In this document: positions 37,929 to 50,477 of the stretch, piece by piece | Numbering within the stretch: the stretch's first letter is position 1 | Layout of the letters: each line of letters starts with the position of its first letter | Origin: Eledone cirrhosa | Lineage: Eukaryota | Reading direction: 5' to 3' | Length of the DNA: 64,000 bases | Assembly (NCBI GenBank): GCA_964016885.1 | Contig: OZ024741.1 | Coordinates: forward strand, 225,060,001-225,124,000 | Program-made: the position numbers and the translations under genes | Notes under the pieces: generated by a model | Told to the model about the DNA's origin: nothing | Seen by the model: only the letters and a program-made list of their open reading frames with translations | Database searches by the model: none

Positions 37929-40575
37929 CCCTGACCCCACCCTGTCTCGCACATGGCTGCCCCGCTGGCGAATAGGGTGCTCTTGAGTAACCCCGGCCCC
38001 ATTGATGCCTCGGCTCCCCACTTGCCGATGGGGACTCTGGTGAGGAACAGTCGATCCTGTGTCCCACTTGCCAAAGTGGGATTGGTGGCAGCATTGTTGC
38101 TGGATGCTCTGGGGGCCGCTGATGTCTGCAGTGTGGGATATTGCGAGTGCCTGGACCCACGCTGCCTGGTCTGAGGATGTACTGTCGGGGATACATATCA
38201 ACAAATTCGGGAATTTGCCCAAGGGAACAGTAGCGGAGCACCCAATGGGGCGGCCGTTCCCTGCCTGTAACCAATCAACCCCCCTCCCCCTAGTAAACCC
38301 CCGCCCCAATAGCTCCCCCTCCCCACTCTCTCCCATTCATTTTTTTGAGTTAGTTCTTTATTAGTAAGGATTTTTTGGTATATTACCACGGTTGACATAA
38401 TAAGTTTGGAGAGTTGACTCCCTTGATGTCTGACCACTCGATAAGTTAGGGGTTGTGCCCCTTGAACTAGGGTATATCTTGCTAGTCTGCCTGCTGTCAG
38501 CTACTACCCGCGACTGGACATGGTCGTAGCCACAGGCCTGCGCGTGCGCGGTAGCATGGAGTATGTATTTTCTGCTAGTCACCCCGTGTAATATGATACC
38601 CCAATATTCCATGCACGGGATTCACCGAAGAATGCGCAGACTTAACCGGGAGATGACATGCGAATGTGAAAAGGCCACAAGAAAGATCCTTTAGATAGCA
38701 TAGACGCCGGACCATAACAGCAAATATCTGCATATATACCGTGATCTATCTTGAATATGCATGACTGACGGGATATAGAAGCAACATGGATAATACGACC
38801 ACCATCTAAGCTAGAACCGACCCCTATTACATATAACAACAAACAAAGAGGGGACAGCCCTTAGCATTTAACCGGTCGCGAGTGAACTTGGAATTGGTGA
38901 GAGGAGGGGATAATAGCGAGAGACGCAATATACCACCCCAGTCAAGTCCATACTGGACTTTTTTACCAATATATCATATGCACCAATATATCCTATACAG
39001 CAAAACCTTGGATTTAGAACCGGCAGGATGATCTATCGCAAACGCGTGCGATCCCACGCATGGCTTAATAACTGGCACGACCGAAACTACATGGAAAAGA
39101 TCGAACGGTCCACACCCTGCGACCACTAGCTATTTGATCAGCAGGTTCATCTCCCAGAGAGTGCACACAGCTGATAGTGAATCCCAGTTGATTCGTGAAC
39201 TCGGAACTTTTCAACAAGACCAACTGTGCCTGGAGCTATGCAGATGATTGCACGCGCACAATGGATATCGCACCTATAAGGTCACCTGTATTGTTCATCT
39301 TGCTGTATGTGTGTAAAGTATCCGTGTGTGGGATATCCCTGAGTAAATTTGCTTGACTGTTAATTGTTTATTAATTGTTTGTTAATTAGGCAGGAATATA
39401 TTACTATATCTTTGTTAATCCTATATTAATAATTTTTTGATAATACATTATTAGATTACTGAAGCTATTTTATACCTTCTTAAAAATACATTTTATAATT
39501 ATTGTCTTTTTGCTTATATATTTTCTTACTTATCATTTTCTTTAATCTTCGAGCCCAACTTGATAAGCTCTTTAAATTGCTCCTTAATTAGATTACTTAA
39601 ATTACTTTATTTATTATACCTAAGTTTTGTATCTGTTGAAGTAACCCTTTGGAAATTCCTCGGATCTCCCAAATCCCGTAATTTTTAATTTGTAACTTTC
39701 CTCAATTCATTTATATATATGTTTGAAGGTTCTCTAAAATTTTAATTCTTTGAAGGGTCTTTCGGAAGAGGTTTTTATTAAAAATATTAAAGAGGCCTTT
39801 TCTGAGGGATTCTTTGAAGGCTTTTTGAATTAACCTTTAATTGATTAATTTCTTTCAACCATTTATTTCTTAATTTTTAAATTTAATGTTCAACCTCTTA
39901 ATCTTTAATTTTTAATCTTGGATATATAAGATTGCTTAATCTTAAATTCATTAAATTTTTAAATTTCTGGGTTTGGAACTCTTAAACTTCAAATCCTAAC
40001 TTAAATCTTAATCTTTATATTATGGATTCCCTAAATCATTAACTTTATTAACCTCTTAAATCTTTTTGAAAGTTTTTTCCCTAATTTTTGATTTTTAATT
40101 TTTGAGTTTAGAAATTTCGTAGGGATTATTAAATCTTCGTAAATTTTCTTAAATCTTTTTTTAAGGGAATTTCTTAGAAAAATTTTTTTGGAAGGAATTT
40201 TTTAGGAAACTTTTTATTTTTTTATTCTCTTAATCTCTTCTGGTTTTTTAGGTTTATTGGGGCTTATAAGCTTTATGCGCTTATTGAGGTGTTTTTAAGG
40301 TGTTTTTAAGAGATCCCAAGTCTTTTACTTTTAATGCGTAACTTATAAATTCTTTAATTTTTAACCTTCAATCCCTAACTTTTAGGCCCTTTTCAAATTC
40401 TCTTAATTCCCTCTAACCCATCCCTTTTACAACTCCTACAACTAATATAAAAGAGCCCCCTTAGAATATAGACCCCAGATAAACAAGCTGAGCTGTTGAT
40501 GTATACCACGATTTCAAACTGCTAATCTTGAGTGAAACGTTGATGAAAATAATGAACTTACAATTACCTGTTATA

Positions 40576-40622
40576 TGCCTTGAAAAGTCCCACCATATGG
40601 TCGGACGAAACGGCTGTCGGCA
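40576..40622 (+). ncRNA. Type I hammerhead ribozyme with U3-A8 core (UUGAAAA), family C relative
   Basis: TGCC-TTGAAAA-GTCC-CACCATATGGTC-GGAC-GAAA-CGGCTG-TC^GGCA. Confidence 0.8.
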
Positions 40623-41066
40623 ATAAACTTGTTATAATGTCATAAAAGTTCCTTTGTTCTTTTTCCTTAATATTTCTGCTCTGCTTATACGCATAGAGCT
40701 TAACTAGCTACCGTCGCATATTTGGTAGGTCAGGCGTGATCATCGCGATTTACGTACGACCTACCATACATCTTGCTTATATATATATATATACATATAT
40801 ACGTGTGTGTGTGTGTGTGGGGGGGTGTCTGTGTGTGTGTGTGTATTGAACAATGCAACGAAAATAAAACAAAAGTCAGAGATAGGTAGATAATTAGTTC
40901 AGTGTTTTACGATCGTTTCAGAGAGTTGATTGACCGTGGCAGATCGATATATCGACTAGCAGCTAGTAGTTACTTCACTACCTATTTCTAGTCTCAAATC
41001 TCTGATCAATCCCACCGCCTTCCCCAGAAACAATGAACTATGATTTTATTTGTCATATATATATAT

Positions 41067-42272
41067 ATAATTGTTTCTACGTTTGGCACAAGGCCAGCAA
41101 TTGCCCAGTGCATCATTGGTACTTTATTATATCGACCCCGTAAGGATGAAAGGCAAAGTTAACCCCGGCGGGACTTGAACTCAGAATGGCAAGGGCCGTA
41201 ACTCTATGCGTCAAAGCATGGCCTCCGACATTCTACCGATACTGCCCTTATATGTATATATTTGTCATATGTATATATAATTGTTTCTACTTTTAGCACG
41301 AGGCCAGCAATTATCCCAGTGCATTACTGGTACTTTATTTTATCGACCCCGTAAAAGGCAAAGTTAACCCCAACGGGATTGGAATGCGCGAGACAGGTGT
41401 GTCAGTCGATGAAGAAATAGAAATACAAAGATGCATAAATTAATTAGGAAGAAAAAGAGGGGGCAGTAGTAAGCATATGGCCTGCATGGTCCCGTAACTC
41501 CCGAGGGAGTCGAAGGGGTACTGTATTGACATACGGTGTTTCTAGGGCATTGGTGGATTGGCAATATTGGTAGAGTGTCAGACACCATGCGTTGCAGCAT
41601 AGAGTTATGGCCTTTTACGTTCTGATTTCAAATCGCGCCGAGGTTAACTTTGCCTTTCATCCTTACGGGGTCGATAAAATAAAGTCCCAGTAATGCACTG
41701 GGTAATTGCAGGCCTTGTTCCTAAAGTAAAAAACAATGATTTTTTAAATCTGGCGGAGCCCATCACATCTCCAGGTCTGAATACAGTAGAGAAAGATAGA
41801 GAGTGAGAGAATGGAAGTGAGAAAGAGATATAGTAGAAAATCTACCCCAGTACTAGACTGGTTTTTTTTTTATCAATCGCGAATGGATGAAAGGCAAAGT
41901 TGACTTCGGCGGGATTTGAAAACAGAGAGAAGAGAGATCAAACGAATACCGCAAAAGCATTCTATCCGACGTTCTAGGGAGGGTAGGCAGGAGAGGGTGT
42001 AGTTATAGGTCTGGCAAGTGAGTGGTTACAACACTCATGCAACCTGAGTTGAGATTGTATGAGATCAGCAAGCTCTGAAGAGCAGAGGCCATCGTAATAA
42101 TTGTTTCTGCTATTGGCACAAAGAAGTAATTATCCCAGTACATTAGTGGTACTTTATTTTATCGACCCTGTAAGGATGAAAGGCAAAGTTAACCTCGGCG
42201 GGATTTGAACTCAGAATGGCAAGGGCCGTTACTCTATGGCATGGCACACGACCCTCTACCGATACTGCCAAT
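41067..42272. mobile_element. SINE cluster (about 5 copies, mixed orientation)
   Basis: 41067-41246 (-), 41277-41385 (-), 41552-41737 (+), 41845-41975 (-), 42097-42272 (-); another at 43131-43280 (+). Confidence 0.85.
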
Positions 42273-43669
42273 ATGGCATACATATAGAGGAAAGAGACAT
42301 ACACATCTGTGGGCTAGGGCTAGAAAGTATGAGTGATTTTATACTTATTAGCTGAAAGGCTTTTCTCTGGATGCAGTTTAGAGCAGGCATGTCAAACATG
42401 CGACCCGCGGGCCGCATGCAGCCCTTTACAAGCACACCTGCGGCCCGCACAAAGGTTTTTACAGCGCGAGCACGTTTTATCTTCGTAATATAAAATAAAA
42501 AAATGTGTTGTAATGTGCGCAGTTAGTTGTATGTGGCCCTCAGATAACACATATGTGACACATGTTCCCCTCGGAGGACCCTCAGTTCCACATGCCTTGT
42601 CTAGGGTGTCGGAAAGGATAGTCTCGTCTTTGATTCAAACAAGGGAGTACACTTATGTAACATATGGTGCGGTAAATAAACATATACATATACACCAGGT
42701 ACGAACACAAAGGAACCAAACTCTCACTGTTACTGCCTCCGTCTCTCCTGCTCTCACTATTATGAGCAAATGGGGGCCCATGCGCCTCCGGCGGACAGAA
42801 TAGAGAAGCTAGCACACCAGCATATATACATATAAACCACACTATAGTGAGTTCTCTTTATGAGTTATAAATGTATTTGATGGAAGTGAACCTGTTGACC
42901 TATTTTGGCCGCATGCGAACACTGCACAAACGGTCATAAATAACATTTCTGTTCTGTGTGGTCAGATTTACTGGCAAAGATAGGTCATAAATAGACAAAT
43001 ATATTTGCTTTTAGGGAGGGGCCTTCGTGGAGTTAATTACGATCTTTTTTATCTAAGTTCCTTAACTGCCCTTTATCAGCTTAGAGTAGATAGAGTACTT
43101 ACCTAAAAAGAATGTATTATTTCTGTCAGACGGTGGATGGCAAGTTACGGTCCCTTACGGTCTGAATTCAATTCCCACTGAGGTTAACTTTGCCTTTCAT
43201 CCTTACGGGGTCGATAAAATAAAATACCAGTAATGCACTGGGATAATTGCTGGCCTTGTACCAAAAGTAGAAACAATTATTCTGTCAGACGCGTATATGA
43301 CGATAAGAACAGCTCACACGTACATAGAGACACATATATAGCCGTACATATCAACAGACACCAATTTTCATGGGAATGAATATACAATCCTACATACATC
43401 TAGCAATATGAATATAACATTTCTTAGATTCATCCATAAACATCTAGTATATCGATCCATATACACCGCCACCCAGACAGATATATCCATACATGTATAT
43501 GTACTGAAATACAATACCTACATATATTCACAGACATATACATTTACCTACATACTTATACGCATACATCCATATACATATACACATTTACTCTGTATTG
43601 TATTTTATTTACTTTATTTACTTTATTCTTAACTCTGAAACGGAGAATCATTCGGTTTCTTAGTTAGAA

Positions 43670-44177
43670 TTTTAGTCTACGACTTCAGCTATACCATTTA
43701 CGTGGTTTTGTCTTTGCGTGCAATTGTTCTCCACGCTCCACATATGACGTATTATCTTCGTTTTTTCCGTTCATTGCCAGAGAACGTCTCTATGAACCAC
43801 CTAAGAGAACATTAGTCTACGACCTCTTTTATACCATAAACGTGGTTCTGTCTTTGCGCGTAATTGTTTTTCACCGCTCCTATTAAGACGTATTATATTC
43901 GTTTTTTCCCGTTCTTTGCCAGGGAACGTTTCCACGAACCAAAGTATCGTCTTCCTGTCTTCCTCCGGTTGCAACGTTTTTTGAAATATCTACTTCTGCG
44001 TTTAAAGATTGACTTTGTTAGTTTCAGAAGATCCCGTTAAGGGTGAAAGCAGCGATTCTTTGCTTAAACTTTAATCTGTTATTTTAATAAATATTTGCTC
44101 TATGGTTTTTATATATTTGATATATATTTATGCTTATCGAGCCCTCTTTGGATTTTAGTCTTCAGATTTATTATTAT

Positions 44178-44182
<5 letters not shown>
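43670..44182 (+). mobile_element. Family E pLTR-like module with an internal ~140-bp tandem duplication, ending at (TA)n
   Basis: ~43795-44182 is the reverse complement of 5012-5395; ~43672-43800 is a diverged repeat of ~43813-43940. Confidence 0.85.
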
Positions 44183-44221
<39 letters not shown>

Positions 44222-44313
44222 CAAAGGAATTGTGGTAAGGAACCAAATGGACCATAACGGACCAGAGTATTCAATACTTAAGGTAGTAGAGTGGGAATTA
44301 CGAAAAAGTATGA

Positions 44314-44407
44314 CCCCGACGGCAGAGCTCAAGCCGTTTCGACGGCTATTTCTGGACTAAATTAGAATTTTTAGCCTGGTGAATAAATAGCCGAACTTTT
44401 CAAGGGG
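44314..44407 (-). ncRNA. Type I hammerhead ribozyme with U3-A8 core, family H
   Basis: Reverse complement: CCCC-TTGAAAA-GTT-CGGCTATTT..AAATAGCCG-TC-GAAA-CGGC-TTGAGCTCT-GCCG-TC^GGGG. Confidence 0.75.
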
Positions 44408-45024
44408 GTACTTCCTTATATGGGAAGATTGTAGTTGTCAAGAGGATTGGTTAAAATTTGTTGTAAACACAAATAAGTCTATCATGGCATTTGGTGGGAG
44501 GTAGGGGTGGCTGACTTGCCTGTAGAACAATAGGGGAGTGAGTGGAGCGGTCAAGCGTTGAAAGTGATATGTATACAGCAGATTCTAAGGATAGTGTATG
44601 AAGTGGGGGAGGGAGGTTATAGAATAGGTGAATCGAAAGAGAGTAGGAGACAATAAAAGATATTAGAAAAAAAAGAAAAGAAAAGAAAAAAATATATAAA
44701 ATTAGATAGTGAGAAATGAATAAAGAAATCACAATGCTATCTTACAATTACAGGTTAATAAGTTGAGAATAGAAAAAACTTATAGAAATTACAAGTCAGA
44801 TACAAACTTAAAGGGGTTTTAACACATCTGCTATAAGTAGTTAGTAAAAGGTATTCGGCCAATTCTATCTTAAAATAACGGTCAGTCGCACTCAAGTGTT
44901 ATATTTGTTATATTTCGAATACCTGATGATAAACAGAAAACCAAAAAACAACGTGGAAGCGAAGAGGCAGTATAAAGGTTAATATTAATTTTCCCTCTTG
45001 AGAGTGGGGGTGGGGGTGGTGGAC

Positions 45025-45055
45025 GACGTTTCGGGCATAAGCCCTTCATCAGGAG
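45025..45055 (-). ncRNA. Minimal hammerhead core with weak helix I
   Basis: Reverse complement: CTGATGA-A-GGGC-TTAT-GCCC-GAAA-CG-TC, palindromic ACGT helix III. Confidence 0.55.
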
Positions 45056-45174
45056 GAAGGTGGGCAGAAAGAGAGTTCCGAGGATGTGTGGAGGATTGGT
45101 GGAAAGACATTAAAAAAGGGGAGGAGAGAAAAGGGATGAAAAAAACTTTATGGGGTCTGTTTCTGTTTTAATGT

Positions 45175-45238
<64 letters not shown>

Positions 45239-45387
45239 GAGGTTCTTTTACAAAATGAAAAAAAAAACGATGTAATCGAAAATGCAACTGCAGTGTTTTT
45301 AAAAATATTTATTTGGTTCCTTTACCGGTTTCGCAATTCTTGTGTATTTCAAAAGTAGAATTGAGAGGGAGAGTTTGTGGTTTTTCT

Positions 45388-45481
<94 letters not shown>

Positions 45482-45486
45482 AACAC

Positions 45487-45541
<55 letters not shown>

Positions 45542-46004
45542 ACATTAAAACATAAACAGACCCCATAAAGTTCAAGAAGTCTTTGTACCAATTCGTTCAA
45601 GAAATCCCGGATAAACCTCTTAAACCCGGATATGTCTCCGTAAACAATAATTCTCTACTCTATCTCTAACGCCTTCACCTCAATCTCTCTCTCTTCCCCT
45701 CCACACACACACATGCACACATACCCCTCCACACACACATATACACACACATACACACGCACGTGCACACATAACCCCCACACATGTGGGTGTTCAAATC
45801 CTGATTTGAAAAACTTCGCCAGGTGGTGTTATTAAGTCAGACATGGCCTGGGCCAATACTGGCCGAAATCTATCAAAGATATCAAAGTTGTATATATGTT
45901 TGTATATATGTATTTGTACGCTTGTATTTACACTTGTGTGTATGTATGATATGTATGTATGCATGTATATAAGTAAAAATGAGAGAAAGCTAAGTACATA
46001 ATTC

Positions 46005-46044
<40 letters not shown>

Positions 46045-46048
<4 letters not shown>

Positions 46049-46202
46049 GTTATTCCGGGTTGAATCGGAGGTAACCACAGTAAGTAAGGTACTCAATACA
46101 TTGCAGAGTATAAAAGTTTTAATATAGATGAGATTCTACAGGACTAGAACAGTTTCATTCTTTTCTAAAGAATGAAACAGTTCTAGTCCTGTAGAATCTC
46201 AT
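46045..46202. mobile_element. Family D module truncated by fold-back inside the hammerhead (palindrome 46128-46202)
   Basis: Homologous to 20860-20990 and 3980-4030; 36-bp arms with one mismatch; the CTGATGA box is lost. Confidence 0.8.
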
Positions 46203-46418
46203 ATATATATATATATATATATATGCATCTATGTAGTTCTGTTTACATGCCAACATAAGAGCAAGAATGACGGGCTCATTCTACTGTAATGGCTTTAAAG
46301 AGGGTGTTTTCATAATTGCAAACCAATCGAATATTATTAACATTCAGATTACATTTATTGTATTCAGCCAAGTAGAGCGATACATTATTTGTTATATATA
46401 TATATATAATATATATAG

Positions 46419-46462
<44 letters not shown>

Positions 46463-46477
46463 GTTTATATATATTTA

Positions 46478-46564
<87 letters not shown>

Positions 46565-46721
46565 CATATATATATATATTTAGTTTATTATTTGAGGTTG
46601 TTACAGAAGTAACTCAAATACCAAGAGTTTTATGCCAAGTTATTTGTGAAATAAGAGGCTCTAAAACAAGGCTTTTGAGTCAGATCTGTTGTAATTTCAA
46701 CTAATACATTACCCACACGCA

Positions 46722-46804
<83 letters not shown>

Positions 46805-47984
46805 GGTTCTTTTACTTTATGTAAAATATTATCAAGTATTTTACAGTTATATATACACACGTTTTAACTACCATGGTTATTATGCATTAATTCAAACCTA
46901 TATGATATATATTTTAATATATACGACGCTCTAAAAAGAGAACAAAGTTATATAGTAGTTACGTTATTACATTATGTTTTTTTAAGAGACAAACTATATA
47001 TTTTGTTTTATGGAAATACATTGTTTCAAGATCGAAACGAAATGGATAAAACCAGCCGTATTTCCTGTAAAATATCTTCGAAACAAATTTAATTTTTCTA
47101 TTATATTTTTGGATATAAATGAAAAAAAAAAAAAATATATATATATATAATGAAACAGACTTTGAGATGGCTTCTGGTAACAGCGAAAAAACAACAACAA
47201 CAAAAACAAACAAAATAAATAGAAAAGAAACAGAAAAATATAAAAATATAAAAAAAAAAGAACAAAAAAAAAAAGAACGAGGAAATTCTTCAGAAAGATG
47301 CCTATTTCATTTCTATCCATTTTTCTAAGATTCTGGATTATTGAATTATTTTTCTTCTTTTTTTTTCTGCCATTTTATTTCTATTTACTTTTATTTATTT
47401 CTATTATTGCTATTGTTATCATTGATAAAAAAAAATTGATAATAATAATAATAATAATAATGATTTTAATAATAATAATAATAGTAATAATTATAATGTT
47501 AGTAATAGTAATAATGATAATATTGATAATAATAAAAATTACGATGATGATGATGATAACGGCAACATCAACAACAACAACAACAGCAATAATAATAATA
47601 ATAATATTTTCATTTCTCCAAGAAAAGTCCTACAAAATTCGCCAATCAATATTTTCTTTCAAATCTCTTCATACTTCACTACTCTTCATCATAACTTTAC
47701 CAATTCTTTTTTTACGAATCAACCAAATTCTTTCTCTTTTTCCTCTTCTTTTCGTTTAATTATTCATCTGTAGGACTATCTTTGTCATATGGTCCCATAT
47801 AACTCTCTTTTTCTATCTATCTAGCTGTCTATCTATCTACCTGCCTGCCTGTCTCTTTCTCTCTATCTCTCTCTCTCTCTCTATCAATCTATCTATCTAC
47901 CCATCTATCTCTCTGTCGGTCTGTCTGTCTATCTGTCTGTTTGACTCTTTGTCTATTTACCTATCTATCTGTCTGTCTATCTGT

Positions 47985-48029
<45 letters not shown>

Positions 48030-48071
48030 TCTCTCTCCCTCTCTATCTATCTATCTGTCTGTCTGTTTGGT

Positions 48072-48127
<56 letters not shown>

Positions 48128-49102
48128 TCTATCTATCTAGCTGTCTGTCTGTTTGGTTGTCTGTCTATCTGTCTATCTATCTGTCTGTCTATCTACTTAC
48201 CTATCTATCCATTTCTCTCTCTCGCACATTTTCTTCATCTATCGATCTCCCACTCAGTATCTTCTCTCAATTTCTCTCATTCACTTTATATTTGTCACTA
48301 TCTTTCAGTCTCTCGCATTCGATGTCACTCTCTCACTCTATTACAATTTCTTAATAACTCTCCCATTATTTAACTCTCTCTCTCCTTCATTTTCCCATTT
48401 TCCTATTTCTCAATCTCATTTATTCTCTAATTCTCTCTATCTCTAACGCCTTCACCTCAATCTCTCTCTCTCTCTCTTCCCCTCCACACACGCACGTGCA
48501 CACATACCCCTCCACACACACATATACACACACATACACACGCACGTGCACACATAACCCCCACACATACACACACTCTCTCTCTCTTTATATATCTCTC
48601 TCTCACTATCTGCCACATCTAAAGCAGTTTGCTTACTGATCTAAGAATACACAGTAATAAGATTACTTCAAAGACCAAATTGTTATTGACTAATTTTAGC
48701 TTCACTTCTTTCTAACCTCCATCCACAGTAACTGCAATCCTAGCCAATTCAGTTTCGAATATTTGCCGTAATCTCATCTAATCTATCGGAATTCCACCGT
48801 AATCCATATGTAATTTGGGATTCCTTTACGGTTTCTGTGTAGAGGTCATACGAATTGCTGTTATTGTTAACTGCCAGGTCAGCCTTCACCCAGCAGGCCT
48901 ATGATCAAAGGCATTCCAGCCGTGACTATCCCAGTGTGCAGGAAACCCAAGATCGTATCCAACATGTCCTTCGCGATTTGGGAGAGATGTTGGCTCTTAA
49001 TTCTAGCAAATCGAGCGACTACGTAAAGCTTCCTTCGTTGACACCTTGGTTAATAGTTGGTGTAAGAGAGTAGCATTCATTATATTATACCCCAGGACTT
49101 TG

Positions 49103-49516
49103 GATTGGCAGAATCGTTAGAGCATCGAAAAAAATGCTTTGCGGCATATGTTGCGGTTCTTTGCGTTCTAGATTCAAACCATACCGAATTCAACTTTGCC
49201 TTTTATAATTCCGAGATCGATGAATAAAGTACCAGTCAAGTACTGGGGTCGGTGTAGTCGATGTTCCCTTTTCCTCAACAAATTGTTGGCTCAATTAAAA
49301 ACAATTACCTCTACTCTTCTGTGAATGTATATATATATCGCCTACGTAACTCTTGATAGAGTTGTAGAGGCACTGTTGTGATAATGTCTTGTCTTGGCCA
49401 TTTAAAACCTGGCAGAGTTCATCTCCTTTCCCAACCTGAAACAACCTATTTCTTTTAAAGGAGAGGAGAAAGAAAGAGAGAGAGAGTGTAAGAGAGAGTG
49501 TAAGAGAGAGAGAGTG

Positions 49517-49586
<70 letters not shown>

Positions 49587-50050
49587 TGAGAGAGAGAGAG
49601 TGAAAGAGAAGAAGTTAGAAAGAGATATAGAGGAAGAATCGACCCCAGTACTGGGTTCATATTTTTTTATCAACTTCGAAAGAATGAAAATCAAAGTTGA
49701 CCTCAGTAGGATTTGAACTCAAAGAGCACAGAGAGCCAGAACGAACACCACAAAATATTGTATCCGACCGTCTAACGACCCTGCAACTCGCCGCCAGCTC
49801 TTCTGTGAACACTTGAGTTCAAATGAAACAAATGTCAACTTAAATGTTTCGTTTTCATTGCATTTTCCTTTCCTGCAGCTGGTTACCTAAACTAAGTATT
49901 AATAATGGTTTCTGTTTTAGACACGAAACCAACAATTTTGGGGAAGGGAAAGTCGATTAAATAGACCCCTGTGCATGACTGGTACTTTATTTTATCGACC
50001 CCGTAAGGATGAGAGGCAAAGTTAACCTCGGAGGGATTTGAACTTACATC
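49103..50050. mobile_element. Diverged SINE copies
   Basis: 49103-49292 (+), 49636-49795 (-), 49903-50050 (-). Confidence 0.75.
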
Positions 50051-50477
50051 ATAAAACTAAGTATTAATAATAAAATGAGGTATAAACAAAAGATATTCTT
50101 CCTTTTTTCCTGCAAAGAAGTGTCAGTTGCCTAATAAGGAAGAAAAACAACACAACAAAACAAATAAAAACAAAACCCAACATAGGTTATATAGTCTTGT
50201 TTTATTTTTGTTTATAATAAGACAAAAACAATACCAAAAATAAACATGTAAGACAGCTCCTATCTTTTGGAAGTTGTTAACCAAACGCAACCCTGATTGT
50301 GAAGACGTATGATCAACTTAATTCTAGCCGACATTAAAACACCTATTTTTTAGCTATGTGATCCTGTCTACACTATCCTTTCTTTTTAGGACAGTGGCGT
50401 GTTGTTAGAGGGAGGGTTATTTAGCTGCTATTTTAGCAGGTCTAGTGACGTTGGTTCGTCTAAGATAGCTGGTAGAA

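Larger units (their letters stand above)
36280..40780 (+). mobile_element. Penelope-like element including a long 3' region and a terminal pLTR-like module
   Basis: Microsatellite-free block from the ORF to a TATA-like + HHR module (40410-40780) ending at (TA)n; continuity of 37930-40400 with the element is inferred. Confidence 0.6.

Noticed and set aside
37860-38612. Several overlapping 70-160-aa ORFs downstream of the PLE
   Set aside because: No recognisable domains; consistent with locally higher GC.
42383-42450. CAGGCATGTCAAAC..GCGGGCCGCATGC, resembling a hAT/Charlie terminus
   Set aside because: No matching opposite TIR or TSD found; not called as an element.
42860-43000. Clustered GTCATAAA/TTTATGA motifs (also TAATC motifs at ~48765-48810) suggesting enhancers
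   Set aside because: Short motifs are expected by chance in AT-rich DNA; needs conservation or chromatin data.
44922-44945. CTGATGA-TAAACA-GAAA
   Set aside because: No helix II, helix III or helix I pairing.
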